Source: Moraxella sp. (GTDB lineage Bacteria > Pseudomonadota > Gammaproteobacteria > Pseudomonadales > Moraxellaceae). Taken from it: 34,632 nucleotides of DNA. This document shows positions 18,507-29,888 of this stretch, one piece after another. The stretch is from contig NZ_JAAELD010000138.1 of the NCBI RefSeq assembly GCF_024227015.1, forward strand, positions 1-34,632. Direction: 5' to 3'. The notes beneath the pieces were generated by a model, which was not told the origin of the DNA, ran no database searches, and worked only from the letters and a program-made list of their open reading frames with translations. The translations under genes were made by a program, and so were the position numbers. Each line of letters begins with the position of its first letter. Position 1 is the stretch's first letter.

Positions 18507-20105
18507 TTAGCCGCCAAATTGGCTCATGGTGTTCTTGCTCGCATCGCCAGCTTTAAGAGCATTCCCACCAGAGAAGATCTCTTTGTGGTCGTCGCCCATG
18601 TCAGAACCAGCCATTGCTTGGTGTTTCACGCAAGCGATACCGCCGCGGATTTCTTTACGTTGTACGCCTGCTACGTATGCCAACATGCCTTCATCACCGA
18701 AGTAACCTTGTGCTAGCTCGTGAGTAGATAGAGCTGCAGTGTGGTAAGTTGGTAGTGTGATTAGGTGGTGGAATACACCTGCTTCACGAGCTGCGTCTGC
18801 TTGGAAAGTACGGATTTTTTCGTCAGCGTCACGAGCTAACTCTGAATCGTCGTACTGTGCGTCCATTAGCTTAGCACGGTCGTAGCCTGATACATCTTTA
18901 CCTTCAGCAACCCAGCGATCGTACGCTTGTTGACGGAAATTGATGGTCCAGTTGAATGATGGTGAGTTGTTGTACACCAATTTTGCATCTGGAACTTGTT
19001 TTTTGATGTCGTTTACGAAGCTTGCGATACCCGCTACGTCTGGCGTTGGAGTTTCGATCCAGATCATGTCAGCGCCGTTTTGTAGCGAAGTTACGCAGTC
19101 AAGTACAACGCGGTCGTGCTGAGTACCTTCGCGGAACTGATATAGACCAGAGGCTAGGCGAGTTGGGCGGTGTAGCTTGCCGTCACGCTTGATTAGGATT
19201 TCGTCTTCTTTCGCATCAGCGATGTCGATTTCAGTAGTTTCTAGGTAGCTGATGTACTTAGAAGCTAGGTCGCCTGGCTCACGAGATACTGGGATTTTTT
19301 GAGTTAGGTCAGCACCTTCTGAGTCAGTACGTGCTACGATAACACCTTCGTCAACGCCTAGTTCTAGGAACGCGTAACGTACTGCGTTGATCTTAGCTAG
19401 GAAGTCTTCGTGTGGCACAGTTACTTTACCAGCTTGGTGACCACACTGCTTAGCGTCAGATACTTGGTTTTCGATTTGGATTGCACATGCACCCGCTTCG
19501 ATCATTTGCTTGGTTAGTAGGTAAGTCGCTTCTTCGTTACCAAAACCTGCGTCGATGTCAGCGATGATTGGTACAACGTGAGTTTCGAAGTTGTCGATTT
19601 GGCTTTCGATTTCTTTAACTTTTGCGCTGTCACCAGCTTCTTCAGCTTTTTGAAGTGCGCGGAATAGATCGTTTAGTTCTTTTGCGTCAGCTTGACGTAG
19701 GAAAGTGTAGATCTCTTCGATTAGCTTAGGAACAGCGGTTTTTTCGTGCATAGATTGGTCAGGTAGTGGACCGAATTCTGAACGAAGTGCAGCAACCATC
19801 CAGCCTGATAGGTAGATGTAACGCTTGTTAGTAGTGCCGAAGTATTTTTTGTTAGCAATCATTTTTTGCTGAGCGATGAAACCGTGCCAGCAGCCTAGTG
19901 ATTGAGTGTATTTGCTGTTGTCAGCATCGTACTCTGCCATGTCTTTACGCATGATGGCAGCAGTGTATTTAGCAATGTCAAGACCTGTTTTGAAGCGGTT
20001 TTGAACAATCATACGAGCAGCGTCTTCTGGACGGATAGCGTCCCAAGTGCCACCCAATTTTTCTTTAACACTGCGAACGTGTTCTAAAGCTGATTGATAA
20101 GTCAT
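18507..20105 (-). CDS. aceA: Isocitrate lyase (about 530-aa Pseudomonas/Acinetobacter type)
   Basis: YLSGW, ADIDAGFG, KQCGHQ active-site loop, YNNSPSFNW; adjacent to glcB. Confidence 0.96.
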   Translation of the reverse strand: MTYQSALEHVRSVKEKLGGTWDAIRPEDAARMIVQNRFKTGLDIAKYTAAIMRKDMAEYDADNSKYTQSLGCWHGFIAQQKMIANKKYFGTTNKRYIYLSGWMVAALRSEFGPLPDQSMHEKTAVPKLIEEIYTFLRQADAKELNDLFRALQKAEEAGDSAKVKEIESQIDNFETHVVPIIADIDAGFGNEEATYLLTKQMIEAGACAIQIENQVSDAKQCGHQAGKVTVPHEDFLAKINAVRYAFLELGVDEGVIVARTDSEGADLTQKIPVSREPGDLASKYISYLETTEIDIADAKEDEILIKRDGKLHRPTRLASGLYQFREGTQHDRVVLDCVTSLQNGADMIWIETPTPDVAGIASFVNDIKKQVPDAKLVYNNSPSFNWTINFRQQAYDRWVAEGKDVSGYDRAKLMDAQYDDSELARDADEKIRTFQADAAREAGVFHHLITLPTYHTAALSTHELAQGYFGDEGMLAYVAGVQRKEIRGGIACVKHQAMAGSDMGDDHKEIFSGGNALKAGDASKNTMSQFGG

Positions 20106-20547
20106 GATAGTCTCCTAGATTCCATGGTGGATTGTCATCAGTACAGCGCCCGCTGCACTAACCAAATCACTGCCTATACCGATGGGTAATTAGTTGCCTG
20201 CGATTCTTGAGATACAGAATACCCAAAAGTTTTGCGTTTATCCAATAGGCGACCATAATGTTCGGTATTTTAAAAATAAATGATAGACCAATTTTCATTA
20301 CATCAAATGATGATTATTCAATCATATTTTTGTCTAACTGCCTGAAAATTAATAATATTTATAAAAATTTCTCATGTGTCAGTTATATGAAATCCCACAA
20401 AAGCCACCAAAATATTCCCCAAAAATTTTAAGAAATTAACTTCAAATTAACCCAATTTTGTAACAATTTATCTTAAAAAATCGCTATTTCTGCCAAAAAA
20501 TCCACTTTTATGCTAGAATTTTGGCATATTTTTGATCTGTTTTATAA

Positions 20548-21000
20548 ATGAATCCGCCAGATTATTTGATGCCTTATTTGACCGCTAAAGGTTCATTGAC
20601 CGCCCTGCTAGAAGCAAGGTCAGGGCAGTCTTTGCGTGTGCAAGTCATCAAAGAAGGCTATCAAGCCATTGATTTATATCATAAAAATCTACTAAACCTC
20701 CCTTCTCACCGCCCCGCCTTGGCTTGGGTGCGCGAAGTGCTGTTATTCGGCAGCGACAAATCTGCATGGGTGCGCGCCAAGAGCGTCTTTCCTGTGGGTA
20801 GCCTGACAGGTGATGCTAAGCGCCTGCGCCACCTAAAGCGTACCCCCATCGGCTATGTGATGTTCAAAAAGAACCGCAAACTACCCTATGATCGGCATAT
20901 TTTTTGCCATGATGGGCAATATGGTCGGGCAACCGTCTATGACTGGCATGGTCGAAAGCTATTAATCGAAGAGCGTTTTTTGGACGCATTTCATCAATAA
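20548..21000 (+). CDS. ubiC: Chorismate pyruvate-lyase
   Basis: GSLTALL, WVREVLL, WVRAKSVFP, PIG--MF, LLIEERFL. Confidence 0.88.
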   Translation: MNPPDYLMPYLTAKGSLTALLEARSGQSLRVQVIKEGYQAIDLYHKNLLNLPSHRPALAWVREVLLFGSDKSAWVRAKSVFPVGSLTGDAKRLRHLKRTPIGYVMFKKNRKLPYDRHIFCHDGQYGRATVYDWHGRKLLIEERFLDAFHQ

Positions 21001-21179
21001 AAACACAAAGCCCATTTATTACTTGCCAATGTACAATCTTATGATGCTGATATCGCCAATACGGCGTGAATTTTATCGCCAGATTGATACCCAAAAGCAG
21101 TAAACGGCTGTGTTATTTCTGGCAAATTATGATACACTAATGGGGATTTTTTATTCCCCACACTTTAAAAGGTATATCC

Positions 21180-22562
21180 ATGTTTAAAGACATCTCGCTA
21201 CACGCTTACGACCCAGAACTTGCCGCTGCCATCGATGCTGAAAGTCAGCGCCAAGAAGATCACATTGAGCTGATCGCATCAGAAAACTACTGCTCTCCTG
21301 CCGTTATGGAAGCTCAAGGTTCATCACTGACCAACAAATACGCCGAAGGCTACCCAGGCAAGCGCTACTACGGCGGATGTGAACACGTGGACGTGATCGA
21401 GCAGATCGCCATCGACCGCGCCAAAGAGCTGTTCGGTGCAGACTACGCGAACGTACAGCCTCACGCAGGCTCTAGCGCGAACGCTGCGGTATATCTTGCG
21501 CTACTAGAAGCAGGCGATACCGTTCTTGGCATGAGCCTTGCTCACGGTGGTCACCTAACTCACGGTGCCAGCGTCTCATTCTCAGGCAAGACCTATAACG
21601 CGGTACATTACGGCATCGATGATAATGGCTTGATCGATTATGATGAAGTAGCACGCCTGGCTCGTGAGCATAAGCCAAAGATGATCATCGCAGGCTTCTC
21701 AGCTTATTCGCAAGTCATGGATTGGCAAAAATTCCGCGACATCGCAGACGAAGTGGGCGCATACCTATTCGTTGACATGGCGCACGTGGCAGGTCTGGTA
21801 GCCGCTGGTGTGTATCCAAGCCCTGTTCAAATCGCTGACGTTACCACCACCACAACTCATAAGACCCTACGTGGTCCACGCTCAGGTCTGATCCTAGCCA
21901 AAGCCAACGAAGAAATCGAAAAGAAACTAAACTCAGCGGTATTCCCTGGCTCACAAGGCGGGCCGCTCATGCACGCCATCGCCGCAAAAGCTGTCTGCTT
22001 TAAAGAAGCGATGTCACCAGAGTTCAAAGAATACCAACAACAAGTCGTCAAAAACGCACAGGCTATGGCACAGACCATCATCGATCGCGGCTATGACGTG
22101 GTATCAGGCGGCACCCAAAACCACCTAATGCTGATCAGCCTAATCAAGCAAGGCATCACAGGTAAAGAAGCGGATAAATGGCTTGGCGACGCTCACATCA
22201 CCGTGAACAAAAACTCTGTACCAAACGATCCTAAATCACCATTCGTGACCTCAGGTATCCGTCTAGGCACGCCTGCTGTTACTTCGCGCGGCTTCAAAGA
22301 AGCTGAGTGCGTTGAGCTGGCAGGCTGGATCTGTGACATCCTAGATGCCAAAGGCGACGAGAAAGTATTGGCAGAAGTTCGTGAAAAAGTTGCAGAAGTA
22401 TGTAAACGCCTACCTGTATACCAAAAATCAAAAACCAAAGAGCTGTTCACCAAAATCAGCTCAATGATCGACGAGCAAGCCGATCATGAATTCGTACACA
22501 CCGCCAAAGAAAAATTCGGCGACCTATACGAAAAAGCTATGCAAAAAATCAACAAGGCTTAA
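21180..22562 (+). CDS. glyA: Serine hydroxymethyltransferase with a 46-aa C-terminal extension
   Basis: [24 protein letters not shown] site [20 protein letters not shown]. Confidence 0.97.
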   Translation: MFKDISLHAYDPELAAAIDAESQRQEDHIELIASENYCSPAVMEAQGSSLTNKYAEGYPGKRYYGGCEHVDVIEQIAIDRAKELFGADYANVQPHAGSSANAAVYLALLEAGDTVLGMSLAHGGHLTHGASVSFSGKTYNAVHYGIDDNGLIDYDEVARLAREHKPKMIIAGFSAYSQVMDWQKFRDIADEVGAYLFVDMAHVAGLVAAGVYPSPVQIADVTTTTTHKTLRGPRSGLILAKANEEIEKKLNSAVFPGSQGGPLMHAIAAKAVCFKEAMSPEFKEYQQQVVKNAQAMAQTIIDRGYDVVSGGTQNHLMLISLIKQGITGKEADKWLGDAHITVNKNSVPNDPKSPFVTSGIRLGTPAVTSRGFKEAECVELAGWICDILDAKGDEKVLAEVREKVAEVCKRLPVYQKSKTKELFTKISSMIDEQADHEFVHTAKEKFGDLYEKAMQKINKA

Positions 22563-22578
22563 TCACTAAGCTCAATCC

Positions 22579-22612
22579 AAAAAAGCCATACCGAATCCGG
22601 TGTGGCTTTTTT
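22579..22612 (+). terminator. glyA terminator
   Basis: aaaaaagccataccg-aatc-cggtgtggctttttt. Confidence 0.85.
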
Positions 22613-22798
22613 ATTGGGTTTAGCTAATAATCCGAAAGATTAGGCACATACGGATACAAATTCTGCACATCTTTTTTGGCGGTGATGCGGTACATTAGAA
22701 GTGAGCGATCTTTGATGAATTGCTCGGATGTCGTTTAATATAAATCAGAACAAAACCTATTGCCAATCATTCCACCCAACACCACACAAGGACATATC

Positions 22799-23329
22799 AT
22801 GAAAAAATATCTTCTCGCCACCACCCTAGCATTCGGCAGCATCGTTCACGCCGCACCCACCACCGTGCCGCAGGTGGATTTGAACAGCTATCTTGGCACA
22901 TGGTATGAGATTGGACGATTGCCAATGTCATTTCAAAATAAATGCGCCTCTGACGTCAAAGCCACCTATACCCTAAAATCCAACGGCAAAATCAGCGTCA
23001 AAAACGAATGTAAAACTCAATCAGGTAAAATGACTGACGTGACCGGCGAAGCTTATGCCACCGATCAGACCAACAGCAAATTAAAGGTGTCATTTTTGCC
23101 GTCTATCCTAAAGAAACTCCCCTTTGGACAGGCTGACTACTGGGTGCTGGCATTGGGCGAAAAACAAAACGGCAAATACCAATCAGCACTCGTCGGCACG
23201 CCAAATAATAAATACCTATGGATCTTATCACGAGACAAGACCTTAGATTCTGCCACCTATGATCGCTATCTTGGCATCGCCAAACAAAACGGCTACGATC
23301 TGGCTAATTTCACCAAAACCAAGCAATAG
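22799..23329 (+). CDS. Bacterial lipocalin (Blc-like) with a Sec signal peptide and no lipobox
   Basis: YLGTWYEIGR, KLKVSF, DYWVL, YLWILSR; AAGGA RBS before ATG at 22799. Confidence 0.9.
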   Translation: MKKYLLATTLAFGSIVHAAPTTVPQVDLNSYLGTWYEIGRLPMSFQNKCASDVKATYTLKSNGKISVKNECKTQSGKMTDVTGEAYATDQTNSKLKVSFLPSILKKLPFGQADYWVLALGEKQNGKYQSALVGTPNNKYLWILSRDKTLDSATYDRYLGIAKQNGYDLANFTKTKQ

Positions 23330-23346
23330 CAACCTATTAACGGATA

Positions 23347-23374
23347 AAAATAAGCCCATCATCGGGCTTATTTT
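23347..23374. terminator. Bidirectional terminator between the lipocalin gene and fadH
   Basis: aaaataagccc-atcatc-gggcttatttt. Confidence 0.8.
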
Positions 23375-23398
23375 GTGGTTATTCTATCCAAACACCAA

Positions 23399-25558
<2,160 letters not shown>

Positions 25559-25750
25559 TTATAAGCTTGCGATGGCTTGTTGTTTTTTAATTTTATCATA
25601 AGCCTTGATATGGGGTTTAACATTTTTGACATCTTGACTGCATGGTCATTGATGCGCCAAAACCTTATATTTGACCAATTAAATTTGCCAAAAGTACAAA
25701 AACCGAGTAAGCTAGTCACACCATATATTCAATATTTTAAGGATTCATCC

Positions 25751-26101
25751 ATGCACGACGTCGCTCCCGAATTTCTCATCACACTATCAGGTCAAATCAC
25801 CCCTGCTGATGTGGCGGAGCTTGCCAAACAAGGCGTAAAGACCATCGTTAATAATCGCCCCGATGGCGAAGAGCCAGGTCAGCCGACCTCAGATGAGATC
25901 AAAGCTGCCTGCACTGAACACGGCATCATCTATAAGCAAATCGCCTTCTCATCAGGCATGCTAGACATGAATCACGTTCAAGAATTTGCTGATTTTTATA
26001 ATCAAACAGAGCGCCCATTGCACATCTTTTGCCGCACTGGCAACCGCTCAAGCGTGATTTTACAAGCCGCACGCGAACAAGATCTGCTTGATGAAGAATA
26101 A
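25751..26101 (+). CDS. TIGR01244/DUF442 sulfurtransferase- or phosphatase-like protein
   Basis: SGQIT, NNRPDGEEPGQP, CX5R motif CRTGNRS; AAGGA RBS before ATG at 25751. Confidence 0.88.
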   Translation: MHDVAPEFLITLSGQITPADVAELAKQGVKTIVNNRPDGEEPGQPTSDEIKAACTEHGIIYKQIAFSSGMLDMNHVQEFADFYNQTERPLHIFCRTGNRSSVILQAAREQDLLDEE

Positions 26102-26187
26102 AAACCGTGCGAATTTGATTGATTTTTAGTAAAATAGGTGCCATTAATTGAGCACCTATTTTTATATAATCACAATGAAGGCATACC

Positions 26188-26979
26188 ATGAGCAAGAATA
26201 TTCCCATCCTAAACGCTGAAGACATCGAAAAAATGAAAATCGCAGGTCGCCTGGCGGCTGAAGTTCTAGAGATGCTCGATGAGCATGTTAAGGTTGGGGT
26301 TAGCACGGGCGAATTGGACGATCTGGCGCACAAATACATCACCGAAGTCCAAGATGCCACGCCCGCCAGCCTAAACTATCACGGCTTTCCAAAATCCATC
26401 TGCACCTCGATCAACCATGTCGTGTGCCACGGCATTCCCGACCATGAACGCCTACTAAAAGACGGTGACATCATCAACATCGACGTTACCGTCATCAAAG
26501 ACGGCTATTATGGCGACACCTCTCGCATGTGGGTCGTGGGCGAAGGCTCTGTAATGGCAAATCGCATCTGCGACGTCGCCCAAAAAGCCTTATACGCTGG
26601 CATGAAAGTCGTCAAAGACGGCGCTTATCTTGGTGACATCGGTGCCGCCATCCAAGAAGTAGTCGAGCCTGAACGCTTTAGCATCGTGCGCGAATTCTGT
26701 GGGCACGGACTGGGCAAAGAATTCCACTGCGAACCGCAGGTACTACACTACGGCAAAAAAGGCACCGGCGTTCAACTAAAAACAGGCATGGCAATCACCA
26801 TCGAGCCTATGATCAATCAAGGCGTATGGCAAACCAAAATCATGAAAGACGGCTGGACTGCCATCACTAAGGATCGTAAGCTCTCCGCCCAATGGGAGCA
26901 CACGCTCATCGTTACCGATGATGGCTGCATCGTCACCACTCAGCGAGAAGGTGAAGATTTAAGCTTTCTAAACAGCTAA
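26188..26979 (+). CDS. map: Type I methionine aminopeptidase
   Basis: SICTSINHVVCHGIP, NIDVT, GDTSR, CGHG, TIEPMIN, SAQWEHT. Confidence 0.97.
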   Translation: MSKNIPILNAEDIEKMKIAGRLAAEVLEMLDEHVKVGVSTGELDDLAHKYITEVQDATPASLNYHGFPKSICTSINHVVCHGIPDHERLLKDGDIINIDVTVIKDGYYGDTSRMWVVGEGSVMANRICDVAQKALYAGMKVVKDGAYLGDIGAAIQEVVEPERFSIVREFCGHGLGKEFHCEPQVLHYGKKGTGVQLKTGMAITIEPMINQGVWQTKIMKDGWTAITKDRKLSAQWEHTLIVTDDGCIVTTQREGEDLSFLNS

Positions 26980-26988
26980 CCACGACGT

Positions 26989-27017
26989 AAAAAGGACAGA
27001 TGATGACTGTCCTTTTT
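26989..27017. terminator. Bidirectional terminator between map and the islet methyltransferase gene
   Basis: aaaaaggacag-atgatga-ctgtcctttttt. Confidence 0.8.
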
Positions 27018-27033
27018 TATTAAATCATTGCTT

Positions 27034-27633
27034 TTAAATGGCTCTACATAAAATAACATTGAGCCAAATCTCCTGCCTATCCACCCGATTATCTTTTGTC
27101 TGCCAAAGCCCAAGCATATCAACATTGTCTAGTTGATTCTCAATAATTTTCCAACGCTCTTCATTCAAATCGCAAAAAAACCTTCCTTCTTTGATGCGCT
27201 CGCTGTCTCCATATTTAAAAGATACATATAAAACCCCGCCTAACTGCAAGCATTCTACTATCTCGTTCAATAATTTCGGCAAATCACGGAATGGTGCATG
27301 AAGCAAAGAAGCACATGCCCAAATACCTGTAAATTTGTTTTGCCATGGCTGTTTTTTTATATCCTTAAAATTTAAAACATGCCAATCAACCACAGCATCC
27401 GATCCCTGTGCCAACTCAATGAGTTCTTGACTACCATCAATGGCAGTTACATCAAACCCCAGCCGCGCAAAATACACACTATCTCGCCCTGATCCACAAC
27501 CAACATCTAGTATTATTTGCTCTCTCTTGGGCAGATGCTCAAAAAAACACTGATAAAGATTCTGCATATCAACATCAATGGTTTGATTGAAAAAATCTAC
27601 GGCATTTGTTTGATAAAAATCCAATGTATCCAT
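27034..27633 (-). CDS. Class I SAM-dependent methyltransferase
   Basis: LDVGCGSGRD motif I, AID motif II, GIWACASLLH; ATG overlaps the HNH stop (TGATG). Confidence 0.88.
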   Translation of the reverse strand: MDTLDFYQTNAVDFFNQTIDVDMQNLYQCFFEHLPKREQIILDVGCGSGRDSVYFARLGFDVTAIDGSQELIELAQGSDAVVDWHVLNFKDIKKQPWQNKFTGIWACASLLHAPFRDLPKLLNEIVECLQLGGVLYVSFKYGDSERIKEGRFFCDLNEERWKIIENQLDNVDMLGLWQTKDNRVDRQEIWLNVILCRAI

Positions 27634-28706
27634 CAAAAAGCACTCAATCCTTGCTGTCTAGGCTCCCATGTATGAATTAAACGCTCTTTGGAAAATCGAT
27701 AAGACTTGTTTAAAAAATATTTACGATCTTGCTCGTTTTTTCCTGTCTGCATCATCAGCGTCTCACGCAGAGGATGATGGCTGCTAATTAAATATTCATT
27801 ACGTGTATGCAAACGCTCCAACAACTTTATGCTAGGTACTTTCTCAAATTTACCTTGCTCGCCACGATTGCACTGCGTACAGGACAATACCAAATTCCAA
27901 ACACCATCTACGTTTACTTGACGACAGCAACCAGCTTCAGCCACTTGAGGCTTTAAGACATGAGGAAAAAAGTGATCAACATCTGCCAACATATCATCAA
28001 ACGATGTTATGCTGATTTCTTTAAAACAATAGAAGCAACGACTTTTTTGGTAGCCGTTCAATGCACCTCGAGAACTGGTAATACTAATTCTGCGATGTTT
28101 ATCATCAAAGGTAAATAACTGCTTAGTATCCTGATCAAATTCAACCCCAATTAAATTTCTATTAATATTTAATTCCCATGCTTTCTCAACGAGATTCCAG
28201 CGCGATTCCGTTTCTTGGGTTAGGTTTTTTGATAAAGTACCCTCGGTATAAAACAAGTCAAATAAATTATCCGTCAAACGAATACCTTTGTTAAATCTTC
28301 TTTCATCAATAAAAAACTCTTCATTAACAACATCAAAAAACCGCTCATTAACAGCTTTGGTATTAACTACATGAAAGGCATCAAGTACATATTTAAAGCC
28401 CTCTTTTGCTGTAATATTGACAAGTTGATCTTCGCTGATGATGCCGCTATTGAACTCCAAGCAGGCGTTAATGAATTTACCACTCTTAGCAGTGGATTGT
28501 TTTGGACTGTGTTTTAAATGTTCACACAAATGCATGGCATAAGGTAACGCCAAATCCTCAAGAGTTATCAAATCTGATTGGCGCTCTAAGCTAACATCAA
28601 TCAAGCTTTTGGCAAGTGCAAATTTATAAGATGCCGTATTCTTGCCAAATAAAATAATCGCACGCCAATAATTTTCCAAGGTTGGTTCAACTTCAACAAA
28701 GCTCAT
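27633..28706 (-). CDS. HNH endonuclease with a zinc-binding core and a large N-terminal domain
   Basis: CFYC...DVDHFFPH...NLVLSCTQCN; N-terminal KNTASYKFALAKSL. Confidence 0.88.
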   Translation of the reverse strand: MSFVEVEPTLENYWRAIILFGKNTASYKFALAKSLIDVSLERQSDLITLEDLALPYAMHLCEHLKHSPKQSTAKSGKFINACLEFNSGIISEDQLVNITAKEGFKYVLDAFHVVNTKAVNERFFDVVNEEFFIDERRFNKGIRLTDNLFDLFYTEGTLSKNLTQETESRWNLVEKAWELNINRNLIGVEFDQDTKQLFTFDDKHRRISITSSRGALNGYQKSRCFYCFKEISITSFDDMLADVDHFFPHVLKPQVAEAGCCRQVNVDGVWNLVLSCTQCNRGEQGKFEKVPSIKLLERLHTRNEYLISSHHPLRETLMMQTGKNEQDRKYFLNKSYRFSKERLIHTWEPRQQGLSAF

Positions 28707-28786
28707 GATTCATAGCCTTTTGCATAATTTTAGATCTTAACTTATTGCCTTGCAATTCATTGCACGCTTGTGTAAATAAATCAGAT

Positions 28787-29428
28787 TTACTCCACCACAG
28801 GGTAGAATGGTTTGCCTAGGCTGTGGGCAGGATTATCCAAAATAATTTGGATAATGGCTGGAATGATGGCCAGTAGTATCTGACAGCCATCTTGTAGCTG
28901 CTTACGGTTGACTCTACTGTTGTACGTTGCACCTCCGTGCACGATTTGATTTCTCAATGTATAAAGCCTATCAAAGACAACAATAAGTATCGCGTGAGTA
29001 TCTTTGTCCGCTAAGGCTTGGTAGGCTTTTTTGTTCGATTTATCAAAATCCTCAAGCCATGCCACCTCACTAATCTTACCATTATGATAATCCCAAAAAG
29101 GCTGAAAAACGTAACGGTTGTCTAGCATAACACGAATACTTTGAGGGAATTTTTGCCAGATGATTTGGTATATGCTATCCTTTAAATCCAATCTACAAAT
29201 AAGATTTAAAAATTCCAAGAAATTGGTTCTGTCGGGGCTGCGCTCACTCATCTCCTTAGCATAGATGGCATTAAAGCTAATCCACAGACTGATGAATTGC
29301 ATGTCTAAGTCATCTTGGGTCTCTTGTGATTTTTGTAGCCAACTTAGTGCGCGATGTAAGCGCAAATTAAGCTGATCAGGATATGTAGATTTGTTGTGAG
29401 TAAATTGGTGTTGTAGATCTTTTATCAT
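28787..29428 (-). CDS. HEPN-domain protein (Apea-like), putative RNase
   Basis: LRLHRALSWL, FISLWISFNAIY, Rx4H motif LYTLRNQIVHG; GAGGTGG RBS before ATG at 29428. Confidence 0.82.
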   Translation of the reverse strand: MIKDLQHQFTHNKSTYPDQLNLRLHRALSWLQKSQETQDDLDMQFISLWISFNAIYAKEMSERSPDRTNFLEFLNLICRLDLKDSIYQIIWQKFPQSIRVMLDNRYVFQPFWDYHNGKISEVAWLEDFDKSNKKAYQALADKDTHAILIVVFDRLYTLRNQIVHGGATYNSRVNRKQLQDGCQILLAIIPAIIQIILDNPAHSLGKPFYPVVE

Positions 29429-29708
29429 GGATAATTCCACCTCTGTCCATTTGGTGATAGATTGCCATAACAGCAAATCAAGTGATATAAAAGTACAATC
29501 TATTAGTATATAGTTAAAACACCATGAACAGCAAGCAAGTTATTAGATGCAGGTGGGGATCGCCACATTCCGGGCGTATTTATGGCAAAATCACGCATGA
29601 TTGTCGGATTTGATGGAGATCAAGAGTTATGAAATTCTGGGATTTAGAGGGATTTCAATAGTTTCTTATTAAAATATCGGTCGCTCTTAATAAATATCCG
29701 ACCAATAA

Positions 29709-29740
29709 AATAACCCCCTTGATGATTCAAGGGGGTTATT
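29709..29740 (-). terminator. Hairpin directly after tRNA-Ser
   Basis: aataacccccttga-tgat-tcaagggggttatt. Confidence 0.75.
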
Positions 29741-29744
29741 AATC

Positions 29745-29835
29745 TGGCGGAGACGGAGGGATTCGAACCCTCGATACGCTATTAACGTATACACACTTTC
29801 CAGGCGTGCGCTTTCGACCACTCAGCCACGTCTCC
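29745..29835 (-). tRNA. tRNA-Ser (GGA)
   Basis: GGAGACGTGGCTGAGTGGTCGAAAGCGCACGCCT-GGA-AAGTGTG, long variable arm, GGTTCGAATCC, CGTCTCCGCCA. Confidence 0.97.
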
Positions 29836-29888
29836 AATCTTTCTATTATAACAAAATTTTCGGATTTTGTCCTAAATTTTATTCAAAA

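Larger units (their letters stand above)
27019..29700 (-). mobile_element. AT-rich tRNA-associated genomic islet (no integrase visible)
   Basis: Composition shift, accessory nuclease genes, and location at the 3' end of tRNA-Ser. Boundaries are approximate and no att duplication was found. Confidence 0.55.

Noticed and set aside
20106-20256. Glycine riboswitch upstream of the glyoxylate genes
   Set aside because: The conserved glycine aptamer motifs (GGAGA...CCGAAG...CUCAGG) are not present in the right arrangement
25577-25750. Long upstream starts in the ORF track (also 3822, 5645, 22760, 29476)
   Set aside because: AT-rich non-homologous extensions from TTG/GTG starts; downstream ATGs match family N-termini, and most have a clear RBS
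27034-28706. Classical type II restriction-modification system
   Set aside because: The MTase lacks DNA-methyltransferase catalytic motifs
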